DNA from: a virus | Virus record (IMG/VR): IMGVR_UViG_3300045988_110026 | Reading direction: 5' to 3' (one strand) | Length of the DNA: 64,000 nucleotides | Shown here: positions 48,311 through 57,161 of the stretch, in pieces | Layout of the letters: each line of letters starts with the position of its first letter | Numbering within the stretch: position 1 is the first letter of the stretch | The notes under the pieces: generated by a model | Told to the model about the DNA's origin: nothing | The model's database searches: none | Seen by the model: only the letters and a program-made list of their open reading frames with translations | Translations under genes and position numbers: made by a program

Positions 48311-48665
48311 CTTTGTCTTGATTTAAGCAATAGTTAATAAAATAAGCAACCTGTTCATTTTCCCCTGTATTATCATAATCACCTAAAGTCATATCATCAT
48401 AATCCAGCAGAACTATACGAAAATCGTTTTTTTTGACATACACTTCCGTTAAATACATAGGAATCCCAGCAATTTCTATTATCACCGGAAACTGATCGTC
48501 AAAGTCAAATACATCATTAGTTTCTTTAAATTCTTTAAACTCTTTAAATTTTAGCTTTATAATTCCATTGTTTTCTGCTAATGCTTCTTTGATGTACTTT
48601 AATCTTTTTGCATTCAGATCAACCTCCGCTTTTTCTATTTCTTTGTACAATTCATTCAGATCCAT
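48297..48665 (-). CDS. hypothetical acidic protein
   Basis: 122 aa. Confidence 0.45.
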   Translation of the reverse strand: MDLNELYKEIEKAEVDLNAKRLKYIKEALAENNGIIKLKFKEFKEFKETNDVFDFDDQFPVIIEIAGIPMYLTEVYVKKNDFRIVLLDYDDMTLGDYDNTGENEQVAYFINYCLNQDKDGKE

Positions 48666-49167
48666 ATTCCACTATATTTATGTTGTCAAATTTTTCTTTT
48701 ATAACATCCAAGGCGCCACACTCGTTTGTTACCATAGCATACTTTCCTGGCTTCATTCTCCACAGATTGAAATACCTTGTCACATTTATAATGTTGTTAA
48801 ATAATGATATTTCGTATCTTGTATTCCCATTTACATCATGTCCAGCTTTTTTAAAATAACATAGGGTCGGCTTGTATTTGAAATAATTAAAAAGCCTATA
48901 CCATCCCTTTCCGTTACATGTTTCACGATTCCATATTCCAGTAAGCTTCCTATATCCCCTTACCGGTATTTTCTCTATTTCTTTTGGTACAATCTTGACA
49001 TACTCTCCTTCTCCGATTGGTATAGTCATATTACCTGCCTCTTCCGTGCAAAAGTATTCTATTTCAGATGCCATTCCTTTATACACATAGAACCGGTATG
49101 GGTTCCCGTCAGGGTCTACCCGATCCATATAGTATAATATCACTTTGTCTACTTTTATCTTTTTCAT
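48652..49167 (-). CDS. hypothetical protein
   Basis: 171 aa. Confidence 0.45.
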   Translation of the reverse strand: MKKIKVDKVILYYMDRVDPDGNPYRFYVYKGMASEIEYFCTEEAGNMTIPIGEGEYVKIVPKEIEKIPVRGYRKLTGIWNRETCNGKGWYRLFNYFKYKPTLCYFKKAGHDVNGNTRYEISLFNNIINVTRYFNLWRMKPGKYAMVTNECGALDVIKEKFDNINIVEYGSE

Positions 49168-49451
49168 TCCTTTATTCTCCTTATCTTTAAATCGTTATTC
49201 CCACAGTATTCCTTCAACCAACTATCCGTTAGATAACGATTAACTCTATCGTATTTCTTTTTCGGACCCTTGCTCCAGAATTTCCATTCGTTTGTGATAT
49301 TGTACCCATATTTATCAAACCAATGGATATAATACACTACGTTACCGTACAAATCCACTCTTTTTCTTTCCTGTATGACTACCTCGTAAGGCATCTTCTT
49401 GCCTCTTTTCTCCATCTTTGTCCTCCTTTCTTGAATAAAAAAAAACGGCAC
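49164..49451 (-). CDS. hypothetical protein
   Basis: 95 aa. Confidence 0.4.
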   Translation of the reverse strand: MPFFFIQERRTKMEKRGKKMPYEVVIQERKRVDLYGNVVYYIHWFDKYGYNITNEWKFWSKGPKKKYDRVNRYLTDSWLKEYCGNNDLKIRRIKE

Positions 49452-49494
49452 CTATCTTCGCAGACCAGTGCCGGTAACTAACTTACATGGAAAA

Positions 49495-49905
49495 CTATTT
49501 TACTTCAACTAATTCTACAGAGCTGTAGAATTTAGTGAAGCTACCAACAAATTCTCTTATATTTTTATATTCTTCTGGTCGTTTTCTGTTACCGTCTTTT
49601 ATGTAATTCACCCACAGTCTATCCTCTATGTTCTTAATCGCATTTTCTATCGTAAATTCGTCGCTGACACACATTAAGCACGAAGATCCGGTTTTCTTAT
49701 GTGGTTTGTACATTCTTGAAAAAGACCATATTTTTATCCTGTCGTATATATATCCGTTGTTAGGATAAACGAATCCTATTCGACTGTCACCTTCTTTGGC
49801 GTAAAACACACCTGGCTCCTTCCCGCCCTTTCTATATACTACAAATCCTTTTTCTTTTAGGATCTTAACCACTTTGTCTAATTTATTTTCCACGTTCATT
49901 TTCAT
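49495..49905 (-). CDS. hypothetical protein
   Basis: 136 aa. Confidence 0.45.
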   Translation of the reverse strand: MKMNVENKLDKVVKILKEKGFVVYRKGGKEPGVFYAKEGDSRIGFVYPNNGYIYDRIKIWSFSRMYKPHKKTGSSCLMCVSDEFTIENAIKNIEDRLWVNYIKDGNRKRPEEYKNIREFVGSFTKFYSSVELVEVK

Positions 49906-50356
49906 GCAAGTATTTAAAAACGACTCTCATTATAGTTGCGAAGTTCTCCACCTTAACCCACTCATGAGCTACTGCTCTAAGTACAGATGTTTCATATGTT
50001 GGAACATTGTCTTCTTCAATCATCTTACAAGAGGCCAGAACTCCTTCGGTCGGCTTTAGTCCGCGGTCATGCAGCTGGCAGAGACCGTCTGGCCGGCGGA
50101 ACACGCACCACCCGTCTTTCTCTGTTGGCTGGATCATCGCTATTGGTTTTTCTTTCACTGCAAGATACCCCACCATCCACATTGTCTCTTTTAGCCTGTC
50201 AGCATATCCGGCATCTATGATGGCTTCTATGTCTTTTGGCGTACCAATACAAGAAACTTTACACATGTTCTTGCATTTATCACATGTACAAGGCTGCTCC
50301 CATCTATTATGATCTATGCCAACCAACTTCTTTATCCGTTCTACTTCCTTTTTCAT
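49883..50356 (-). CDS. YkgJ/UPF0153-like Cys-cluster (Fe-S or Zn) protein
   Basis: CTCDKCKNMCK plus DGWCVFRRPDGLCQLHDRGLKP...C resemble the CxxCxxCC...dg.C.iy..RP..C pattern. Confidence 0.45.
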   Translation of the reverse strand: MKKEVERIKKLVGIDHNRWEQPCTCDKCKNMCKVSCIGTPKDIEAIIDAGYADRLKETMWMVGYLAVKEKPIAMIQPTEKDGWCVFRRPDGLCQLHDRGLKPTEGVLASCKMIEEDNVPTYETSVLRAVAHEWVKVENFATIMRVVFKYLHENERGK

Positions 50357-50357
50357 A

Positions 50358-50639
50358 TTATACTGTCTCTGTTAGTTTTTCGTAATACAATTTCATTTCC
50401 GGTGAAGCGTATTCCATGAATGCTTCGAATAAGTGGGGTACCTCTATTATCATATTCACATTACAACCTTCTACCTGTGAAAGATATTCAAGATCATTAC
50501 TGTATGAACACGTTACATGAGCTCCTACATTAAACACATGTAAATCTAATCTCGCATATTCCATACATAAATCTAACGCTTTAAACAAGCTCTCTACCTC
50601 AATCTCCTGAAATAGGTCTATAAACATCCTTAAATCCAT
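50358..50639 (-). CDS. hypothetical protein
   Basis: 93 aa. Confidence 0.4.
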   Translation of the reverse strand: MDLRMFIDLFQEIEVESLFKALDLCMEYARLDLHVFNVGAHVTCSYSNDLEYLSQVEGCNVNMIIEVPHLFEAFMEYASPEMKLYYEKLTETV

Positions 50640-51022
50640 TATTTCACCACCCTTTCCACGTGTTTAATTAATACTACCGCCATTCCCTTACCGGTTTTTA
50701 TCGCACATTCTGACCCTTTTATCCATTCTACACACCCTACATACTTTTCCGTAGCATGAAATCCGGGATTGTATTTTCCAGATGTACTAAACTCTACCGT
50801 ATCCCCTACCTTTAGATCATCAAAAGCGATAGACCATGTGGTCCAAATTCTGTCATGTCTCCCAGGCTGAATGGCTCCGATTACGCCCTTCTTACGACCG
50901 TTTTTTATTGCCCTTAGTATTATCTTTCTGTCACCTTCGATAAGGCTGCAAAAGCGCCCGTAAAAGGTCAAATCAACCTGTTTTCCTCCTATTTCTTCTC
51001 TTATTTTTGTTATTCTGTTCAT
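50639..51022 (-). CDS. hypothetical protein
   Basis: 127 aa. Confidence 0.45.
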   Translation of the reverse strand: MNRITKIREEIGGKQVDLTFYGRFCSLIEGDRKIILRAIKNGRKKGVIGAIQPGRHDRIWTTWSIAFDDLKVGDTVEFSTSGKYNPGFHATEKYVGCVEWIKGSECAIKTGKGMAVVLIKHVERVVK

Positions 51023-51266
51023 TTTCTGATTTTGTTTTATTTTTTTCTTTGTTTTTTCTATCTTCTATAGAAGATGATAATAACATTATCTTTTCTATGT
51101 TACTTTTTGACTGTAAAAAAGAATCGCATTTCATTACTACTACCACCTTCTTAAGCTCCCCATTATCGTATAGCGATACACGCATCATGTTTTGCGCCTC
51201 GTCCACTATCAGACCTGGAGTAGTCTTAACCATTTTACGTAGCTTATTATACTCCGGTCTTTCCAT
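50973..51266 (-). CDS. hypothetical protein with Lys/Asn-rich basic tail
   Basis: 97 aa; 50-bp overlap with the downstream gene. Confidence 0.35.
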   Translation of the reverse strand: MERPEYNKLRKMVKTTPGLIVDEAQNMMRVSLYDNGELKKVVVVMKCDSFLQSKSNIEKIMLLSSSIEDRKNKEKNKTKSENEQNNKNKRRNRRKTG

Positions 51267-51558
51267 TTCCTCTGTTTATTACTCTATAGTATTTATCTTT
51301 ATCTCCCTCTTCCAACTTCTCCAGATAGAAAATTCCATCATGTAAATGAGACAAACAAAACCTGTATCCATATTTCTGCACTCTTCTTACATGATCCCGC
51401 AGTCTTATTTCTTCACTTTTGTCTTGTACTTTGATCTTAATACTGTCTCCTTCTTTGATTGTGTATAAAATAGTTTGAATCTCTTCTTTTTTCATATTAT
51501 AAAATAATTTAACGGCAGCACCTATACTCACGCACCAATACTGCCTTATGTTTAACAA
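51247..51558 (-). CDS. hypothetical protein
   Basis: 103 aa. Confidence 0.4.
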   Translation of the reverse strand: MLNIRQYWCVSIGAAVKLFYNMKKEEIQTILYTIKEGDSIKIKVQDKSEEIRLRDHVRRVQKYGYRFCLSHLHDGIFYLEKLEEGDKDKYYRVINRGNGKTGV

Positions 51559-52368
51559 TTAAATACTTAACTCTTCAATGGTCAAGCCTTTTTCTTCTGC
51601 CCACTTTAACATCGTACATAATTCTGTTTCTGATTTATATTTCGGATCACGCCACGCCCATCCGTATTTATCCAAAACATAGTGATATAATTCGTCGGCT
51701 TCTGCTGTATGCACGTCATTGAATAAATACTCCGAACCTTCCGGTATAAGCATTTCTGTTGTTGCGAAATCGGAATACAACAAACATTCGTAAGCATATT
51801 CTGTTATTTCACTCCATGCTTCTCCGGCTTTAAATCCAAATTCTTTTACAAAAGCCAAAGTTAGATACATATTTAATAGTACTGCCGGATCATATCCTGA
51901 ATTTGGATTCTTTTCTATTATTTCTTTCTCAAACTCCTTTAGATTTTCGGGCCCGAAAAATATGTAGCCCTGAACTGATTTATAATTTACCTCAGCATAT
52001 CTTCTACATCTATCATCATCGATTATCTTACCAATGTTGGATAACAGCATCTGTCGCCACCCATCACAGAACTCCACCTCTACCTCCATCCAATCAGTAT
52101 CATAGTTATACTCTCTTGGGTGTCCGACTGATATCACCTTTATATCCTTTACACCATATACTAAAAGACGTTCTTTAACCTCGTCCGCCCATTTTTGCAC
52201 ATAAGGTATGAACGCATTACAATAAGAATCAAAATCAAAATTTGATTCTTCTTCATATTCCGGCATCTCATCATATTCCTGTGAAAAGAAATGACGCGGG
52301 TCTGCTACTGTTTCATAAAAACTTACGTTAATGAAACAAAATTCGTTGGTTGTTGTTTTTAATATCAT
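51559..52368 (-). CDS. hypothetical acidic protein
   Basis: 269 aa. Confidence 0.5.
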   Translation of the reverse strand: MILKTTTNEFCFINVSFYETVADPRHFFSQEYDEMPEYEEESNFDFDSYCNAFIPYVQKWADEVKERLLVYGVKDIKVISVGHPREYNYDTDWMEVEVEFCDGWRQMLLSNIGKIIDDDRCRRYAEVNYKSVQGYIFFGPENLKEFEKEIIEKNPNSGYDPAVLLNMYLTLAFVKEFGFKAGEAWSEITEYAYECLLYSDFATTEMLIPEGSEYLFNDVHTAEADELYHYVLDKYGWAWRDPKYKSETELCTMLKWAEEKGLTIEELSI

Positions 52369-52619
52369 AACTTTTTGTATTTACGTACATTTTTCTTGCC
52401 ATAGAATCTACACATGGCACGAATCTGACTATAAAATACTTTTGTCCTCCTGGCCTCAAAGTATTTAAACATTTCTTCATTCTTTGTCTCCCACACGTAA
52501 TCCGTTTGAGAACTTATGTGATTTTTATCTTTGCGTGAATAATGGTAATATGATACCACAACACGTTTCGCACCATTCTTTACAGGTACGATATTCACAT
52601 CTATGTTATTATCTGTCAT
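52365..52619 (-). CDS. hypothetical protein
   Basis: 84 aa. Confidence 0.4.
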   Translation of the reverse strand: MTDNNIDVNIVPVKNGAKRVVVSYYHYSRKDKNHISSQTDYVWETKNEEMFKYFEARRTKVFYSQIRAMCRFYGKKNVRKYKKL

Positions 52620-52653
52620 ATTATTATTGTTTTATGTATTATACAAATACAAA

Positions 52654-52681
52654 GAGCGCATACCTTCACAGGCCGGCGCTC
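52654..52681 (-). terminator. hairpin gagcgc...gcgctc; on the minus strand it is followed by TTTGTATTTG
   Basis: read directly; downstream of minus gene 52764..52973. Confidence 0.4.
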
Positions 52682-52763
52682 CTTTCAATAAAAATGAAAA
52701 AACTAACATTACATAAACATATTGTTTTCTGCTCTTTATTACAATACTTTTGTTCCGCAATTA

Positions 52764-52973
52764 TTATATCTTCCGTACTCTTTTTTTCGTATCATTCAAG
52801 ATTTCAAAAACCATCTTCTTGTGATCTTTGTTTGGTAACTTGTCTTTAACGGCCGATATTACACCCGCTATAGACGTAAAACCTGAATCTGTTATTGAAC
52901 ACAGCAATAATCCCCTTTCGTCGTCTGTGCTTATCGCTGACGCCTTTATAATATCATTCTTGTATATTCTCAT
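52764..52973 (-). CDS. hypothetical protein
   Basis: 69 aa. Confidence 0.4.
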   Translation of the reverse strand: MRIYKNDIIKASAISTDDERGLLLCSITDSGFTSIAGVISAVKDKLPNKDHKKMVFEILNDTKKRVRKI

Positions 52974-53379
52974 AATCTTTCGTTTTATTATCTACAAACT
53001 TATCCATATCGTCTCTTATTCTTTTTAGCACTCCGGCTATAATTTCCGGCATCTCTCCTTCGGTACGGTTCAGAGTTTCTATCACCCCATCAATCCTACC
53101 AATTTGACGCCATAAGAAATTGGCGTCTTTCGTATTAAATTTCCCCATCATGTTTTTACAGTAAACAACTTGCTTTTTCAAACACCAGTCTTGCGATTCT
53201 GAGAGTGAACACCGTTCGGAGTCGTTAAAAAATATACAATCTTTGCAGAACATAAGAGGGTCTTCGTCGTCACCAACCACTTTGACATCATACTCTATGC
53301 CATGCAATTTTAATCTAAATACATCTCCTACTTCTTTAGAAGACAAATCCATGTCCGGACCGAATGTTATTACTTCCAT
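52954..53379 (-). CDS. hypothetical protein
   Basis: 141 aa. Confidence 0.45.
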   Translation of the reverse strand: MEVITFGPDMDLSSKEVGDVFRLKLHGIEYDVKVVGDDEDPLMFCKDCIFFNDSERCSLSESQDWCLKKQVVYCKNMMGKFNTKDANFLWRQIGRIDGVIETLNRTEGEMPEIIAGVLKRIRDDMDKFVDNKTKDYENIQE

Positions 53380-53400
53380 ATAATTATGTTTTATTGTTTG

Positions 53401-53460
53401 TGAAATGCCCAGAATCGAACCAGGACCGACACATACATACCGGCACGCCGCGTCATCTCC
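53401..53460 (-). tRNA. tRNA-like element A (non-canonical, ~60 nt; T-arm CCTGG-TTCGATT-CTGGG)
   Basis: Minus-sense ...GGAGATG...CCTGGTTCGATTCTGGGCATTTCA-CA in a 175-bp gap. A 6/7-bp acceptor-like pairing is possible, but I could not fold D or anticodon arms by hand. No CCA. Confidence 0.35.
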
Positions 53461-53554
53461 TCTATGATACAGAAATAGACATGCCTATTCTCACGAACCG
53501 ACATGCCAAAACCCAAAAACTTAATTTGATGAATAAAATAGATTAACAAAAATA

Positions 53555-53869
53555 CTATCCTAATTCTTTTATAATATCTTTCACAATATTCAACCTTACC
53601 TCCTTCGTTTCTGGGCTAATACAACCAAACCACCCATAAAACGTTCTTGTTTCCTCTGGTTCTGTAGCCATACCTATCTTCTCCTCCAATTCCGGGAAAT
53701 ATATTCTCACCATTTCGTCTGAACGAAACTCATAAATATTTTTATGTTTTTTGAAATACATAAACACTACATTTCTTAACGCAACACATATGTATTCCCC
53801 ATCCTCTAACCTATCAATCATCTCATATACCTTTTTCCAAATGAATAATCGCTCTTCTTTTGTAAACAT
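53555..53869 (-). CDS. hypothetical protein
   Basis: 104 aa. Confidence 0.45.
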   Translation of the reverse strand: MFTKEERLFIWKKVYEMIDRLEDGEYICVALRNVVFMYFKKHKNIYEFRSDEMVRIYFPELEEKIGMATEPEETRTFYGWFGCISPETKEVRLNIVKDIIKELG

Positions 53870-53883
53870 ATCTTTCTTTATTT

Positions 53884-54225
53884 TTATGGTATTATTTGAC
53901 TGTATGCAGACTTTTCCATGTACACAACACTATGTTCCTGTCCAAGTATTTTCTTTGCTGCTTCTTTCTTTATCGCGCAATATCTCCCTGTACGATACGG
54001 ATTCTTTTGATCTGATCCATCCTCAACTTCGATAATAAAACAACCTCCGTCATCTATTATCTTTTTGCAATTGTCACATATTTCTCCCGTGCATATATGA
54101 TGCGGCGCCTGCCCTTTGATGTTATTCCCTAATAAAGCAATCCCCATCTCTTCACCGCATACTATGCATAGTTCTATGGATGGATTCAACCCATGCTCTG
54201 GATGCAATACAATACCGTCTTTCAT
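53884..54225 (-). CDS. Cys-rich zinc-binding protein
   Basis: CIVCG...CTGEICDNC. Confidence 0.45.
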   Translation of the reverse strand: MKDGIVLHPEHGLNPSIELCIVCGEEMGIALLGNNIKGQAPHHICTGEICDNCKKIIDDGGCFIIEVEDGSDQKNPYRTGRYCAIKKEAAKKILGQEHSVVYMEKSAYSQIIP

Positions 54226-54626
54226 TTTCTATCCTCCTTTATTAATTCTATTATAAACTTTTTATCTTGTTCCCACAATGGCAGCCCTTCTTTTACTGTG
54301 TATGCCACTGTTTCCCTCTCTCCTATTAATCGCACGGCAATCTCTCTTGCTTTCAAGTCATCCTCCTCATGCGATTTGTTTATTAAATCATAGGCACATG
54401 ATTCCACCTTTTGCCTTTCGATTATTATCGAACCCATTAACTCGCTTATATGCGATCCTAAAAACGATAAGACATTAATAGCTTTCCCAATATCATTTGA
54501 AATAGCACTTGCTAAATACATCTTATCCATATACTCCGGCAAAGCCTCGTATGCCGTTTCTATGTTTTTATACTGATTTTCGTTTACCTCCCTTTTAATC
54601 AGTTCTTCAAATTCTTCTTTTAACAT
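54222..54626 (-). CDS. hypothetical protein
   Basis: 134 aa. Confidence 0.45.
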   Translation of the reverse strand: MLKEEFEELIKREVNENQYKNIETAYEALPEYMDKMYLASAISNDIGKAINVLSFLGSHISELMGSIIIERQKVESCAYDLINKSHEEDDLKAREIAVRLIGERETVAYTVKEGLPLWEQDKKFIIELIKEDRK

Positions 54627-54650
54627 GTTCTTCCCTATTTTAATGTTGTG

Positions 54651-54730
54651 TGAGATCGCCGGAATCGAACCAGCCTACCGCACCATGAATCCCATAAAGC
54701 AAGTGCTCCGATCTTCGCAGATGGGAGCAC
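54651..54730 (-). tRNA. tRNA-like element B (T-arm GCTGG-TTCGATT-CCGGC) preceded by a 7-bp hairpin
   Basis: Minus-sense GTGCTCC-(14 nt)-GGAGCAC hairpin (54703-54730), then ~52 nt ending ...GCTGGTTCGATTCCGGCGATCTCA-CA. Not foldable by hand as a full tRNA. Confidence 0.35.
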
Positions 54731-54959
54731 TTTGTCTAAAGCATAAGAAAATTAATGAAGAAATTTTTCTCACTTACGCCATAGCATCTAAAATAGCTAT
54801 CAGCACTATTTCTATGACAAACATAATAGAAAATATCTTAAATGCCTTTTTCATATCGCTATCTCCTCCTTTTTTTTTTTTAGTTCCACAATAAACTGTT
54901 CCGGCTCTGCTCCGAACTACGTTCCACCTACAACCGCAGGCCTTAGCCCAAGGCGCCGC

Positions 54960-55220
54960 CTACTCCCCCTCTATGGCAGCCTGTTCGTACCTACAACACC
55001 AGTCTCCATCTATACAACTATTACTACGCGATAACAAACATTTATCCTTATAATAATCATAAAAAATACACCTCTCACAACTGTAATCCCTAATTTCTAC
55101 ACAGCTAACTACCTTAGCATATACTATACCATCACTGCCTTCTATTCCTTTCACCCCAAAAATAGAACCTTCTCCCTCCTTACTCAAATCTAAGTCAGGC
55201 GCAAAGTCATATACGTTCAT
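54960..55220 (-). CDS. hypothetical Cys-containing protein
   Basis: 86 aa. Confidence 0.45.
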   Translation of the reverse strand: MNVYDFAPDLDLSKEGEGSIFGVKGIEGSDGIVYAKVVSCVEIRDYSCERCIFYDYYKDKCLLSRSNSCIDGDWCCRYEQAAIEGE

Positions 55221-55294
55221 GTTGTTTATGTTTTAATTGTTATACATTCCGATTACTACTAATCTATAGAATATAGTTTTCAACTCTCAACCTA

Positions 55295-55462
55295 TTGAAT
55301 TTTGTAGAATAAACTCACATTATGCCGTTTTAAAGCACTGTAAGTCTTAATTTTGTAGGAAAACCCTACATAATGCTGTTTTAAAACGCTGATCTGTTGA
55401 ATTTTGTTGGCAGGAACTACATAACGCTGTTTTAAAACGCTGTAAGTCTTAATTTTGTGGGA
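55295..55462. repeat. tandem direct repeats, ~51-bp unit x ~3.3
   Basis: Units start at 55295, 55347, 55397 and 55449 (TTRAATTTTGTDG...ACATWAYGCYGTTTTAAARCRCTG...). Each holds a CGCTG-TTTTAAAA-CGCTG core. Confidence 0.7.
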
Positions 55463-55524
55463 AGGGAGTGCCCTCCCTCTCCCCCTCTCCAACTCCCGCT
55501 AATCCTCCGGCTTTCCGCATAGAA

Positions 55525-55656
55525 CCCACGCCCTACCGCCTCACTACCGGCATACGGAGAGCGCTACAAGCTTATACTCTGGCATGGAGTATGGGGGATT
55601 TGGAGATAATATCATTCCATAGAGAGAATAGAGAGCCTTCAGCCCACGCCCTACCG
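55525..55656. repeat. GC/pyrimidine-rich island with 14-bp direct repeat CCCACGCCCTACCG (55525-55538, 55643-55656)
   Basis: Local composition shifts sharply (CCCTCCCTCTCCCCCTCTCC at 55471-55490), and there is an exact 14-mer repeat 118 bp apart. Confidence 0.45.
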
Positions 55657-56154
55657 TCTGCTCCTCCTATCAAGATAGATATTCAAAACTATAATCAAAG
55701 CCAAAAACAAAAAGCAAAAGACCATCACAATATTATACTGATCTGGTCCGTACTCTAACATAGACCTTACTCCAACCGATAAAAAATACAGGTCAGCTAC
55801 TAATAAAAACCACCACATAAAATAAAAAATTTACAATAAGTATGTCCGAAAATACGGGTATTATAAAACCTAACTAATTGATAATCAAGCATACCTTATT
55901 TTTAAGAAAAATACAATAAGCCCAATTTTCAATCCATAGAGACGAAAAAGGCGGCATCCGACACCATATTTTGGGTCAGAAAACCGCCTACAGTTTCGTT
56001 TTAGACCAATTTTAACGACAATATATAGACAAAATACCGGCATTATATCCAAACAGCCTTATTTTTGTTTCGATTTGAACCAATATACGCATTCCTACCT
56101 TGTTTGTCGTCGTGTTCACTCTCAGAATATCCTACCCGTAAATAGAAAGAGTAG

Positions 56155-56197
56155 GATACAAAAATAGGGCTGCTCCGATATTCGAAACAACCCTATT
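56155..56197 (-). terminator. hairpin AATAGGG...CCCTATT, with a T-run on the minus strand
   Basis: read directly; downstream of minus gene 56203..56409. Confidence 0.45.
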
Positions 56198-56202
56198 CCT
56201 AT

Positions 56203-56409
56203 TTAAATACTGTTTATATTTTCCTTAACGTACGTTCTTGACGTATGAACTTTACGCTTGCACTTTTCTTTTCCGGTATCGGAATGATACGCCTCTTTGA
56301 GATCACGATACAACATAAATTCACGATACGCTCTTTTCCGCTTTTCTTTGGCTTCTTTCCTGGACAGACCGCGAACATCTACCATGTAAGATTTAAATTT
56401 CCTTTCCAT
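56203..56409 (-). CDS. small basic protein
   Basis: 68 aa, Lys/Arg-rich. Confidence 0.4.
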   Translation of the reverse strand: MERKFKSYMVDVRGLSRKEAKEKRKRAYREFMLYRDLKEAYHSDTGKEKCKRKVHTSRTYVKENINSI

Positions 56410-56431
56410 TTTCTTTATGCTTTAATTATGA

Positions 56432-56602
56432 TTAACCCCAGCGGTTAAGTGCTTCGATATAGAAACCTTCCGCCTCTTTGTACTCACTTTCGCTCAATGT
56501 TTCCACCGTCTCGATATAGTTACGCAATGTTATTTTTACGCAACTGTTTTTAGATTTATTGAACGCTTCAATTAAAGCGTTGATCATTGCTTTCTTTTCC
56601 AT
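56432..56602 (-). CDS. small hypothetical protein (56 aa, below ORF-track cutoff)
   Basis: Hand-translated MEKKAMINALIEAFNKSKNSCVKITLRNYIETVETLSESEYKEAEGFYIEALNRWG; sits 22 bp upstream of the next minus gene. Confidence 0.35.
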   Translation of the reverse strand: MEKKAMINALIEAFNKSKNSCVKITLRNYIETVETLSESEYKEAEGFYIEALNRWG

Positions 56603-56627
56603 GCTATTATATTATTTATAATTTAGA

Positions 56628-56688
56628 GGTTGCTCCGGAATCGAACCGGACGCGCATTCCTATCCTATAGAGATTTTATGCTACAACC
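56628..56688 (-). tRNA. tRNA-like element C (61 nt between acceptor-like halves; T-arm TCCGG-TTCGATT-CCGGA)
   Basis: Minus-sense GGTTGTAGCATAAAATCTCTATAGGATAGGAATGCGCGTCCGGTTCGATTCCGGAGCAACC-TCTA. Shares AAAATCTC with the tRNA-Cys anticodon region but appears to lack a D-arm. Confidence 0.35.
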
Positions 56689-57161
56689 AACAGCCCGTAA
56701 TTAGTACGTAGTTCTTGCGTACAGGCTCGTACTATGTTGTTATTATATTTTCCGTCCGCTACACAACTTAGCCACAAATAAAGGCGATTGTGTCCTTGCG
56801 TTTTGATACGGCACGTCCCTACATGGTAGGCTACATGCTTGTACCCTGTAATTTAATCTACAGCCTTGTTCTATTTTTCGTGTAAGCAAGTAAGACACGT
56901 TTCGATCTGGAGATAAACCTCGTACAACGGCATGTTTTCCAAACTGTAATCACATACCTAACATAAACCATACCTATTCGGATAGTCCATGCAGTAATAC
57001 CAGCCCTTTAATTGCCAACGGCAAGGGCAACGGTATATCTATCTCCAATATGTAAAATAACTCTCTGTTTTGTCAGCTTCAGTCTAAAGCATACGCGGGA
57101 CGTGCACCCACCAACAACGGCGCACAGACGCGTTTAAAGGTACGCGCCCAACCTTGTTTTT

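Noticed and set aside
53364-54894. Plus ORFs 53364..53546 and 54625..54894
   Set aside because: They overlap the minus-strand tRNA-like elements in intergenic gaps; spurious
55295-55462. Possible CRISPR array
   Set aside because: Repeat units are contiguous 51-bp tandem copies with no unique spacers; no cas genes are present
55292-55758. ORFs 55292..55492 (minus) and 55468..55758 (plus) inside the non-coding hub
   Set aside because: They span tandem repeats and a Pro/Ser-rich GC island and have no gene context; likely non-coding
53401-56688. Calling elements A, B and C as ordinary tRNAs with assigned anticodons
   Set aside because: I could only verify the T-arm and partial acceptor pairing by hand; they are kept as low-confidence tRNA-like elements pending covariance-model scoring
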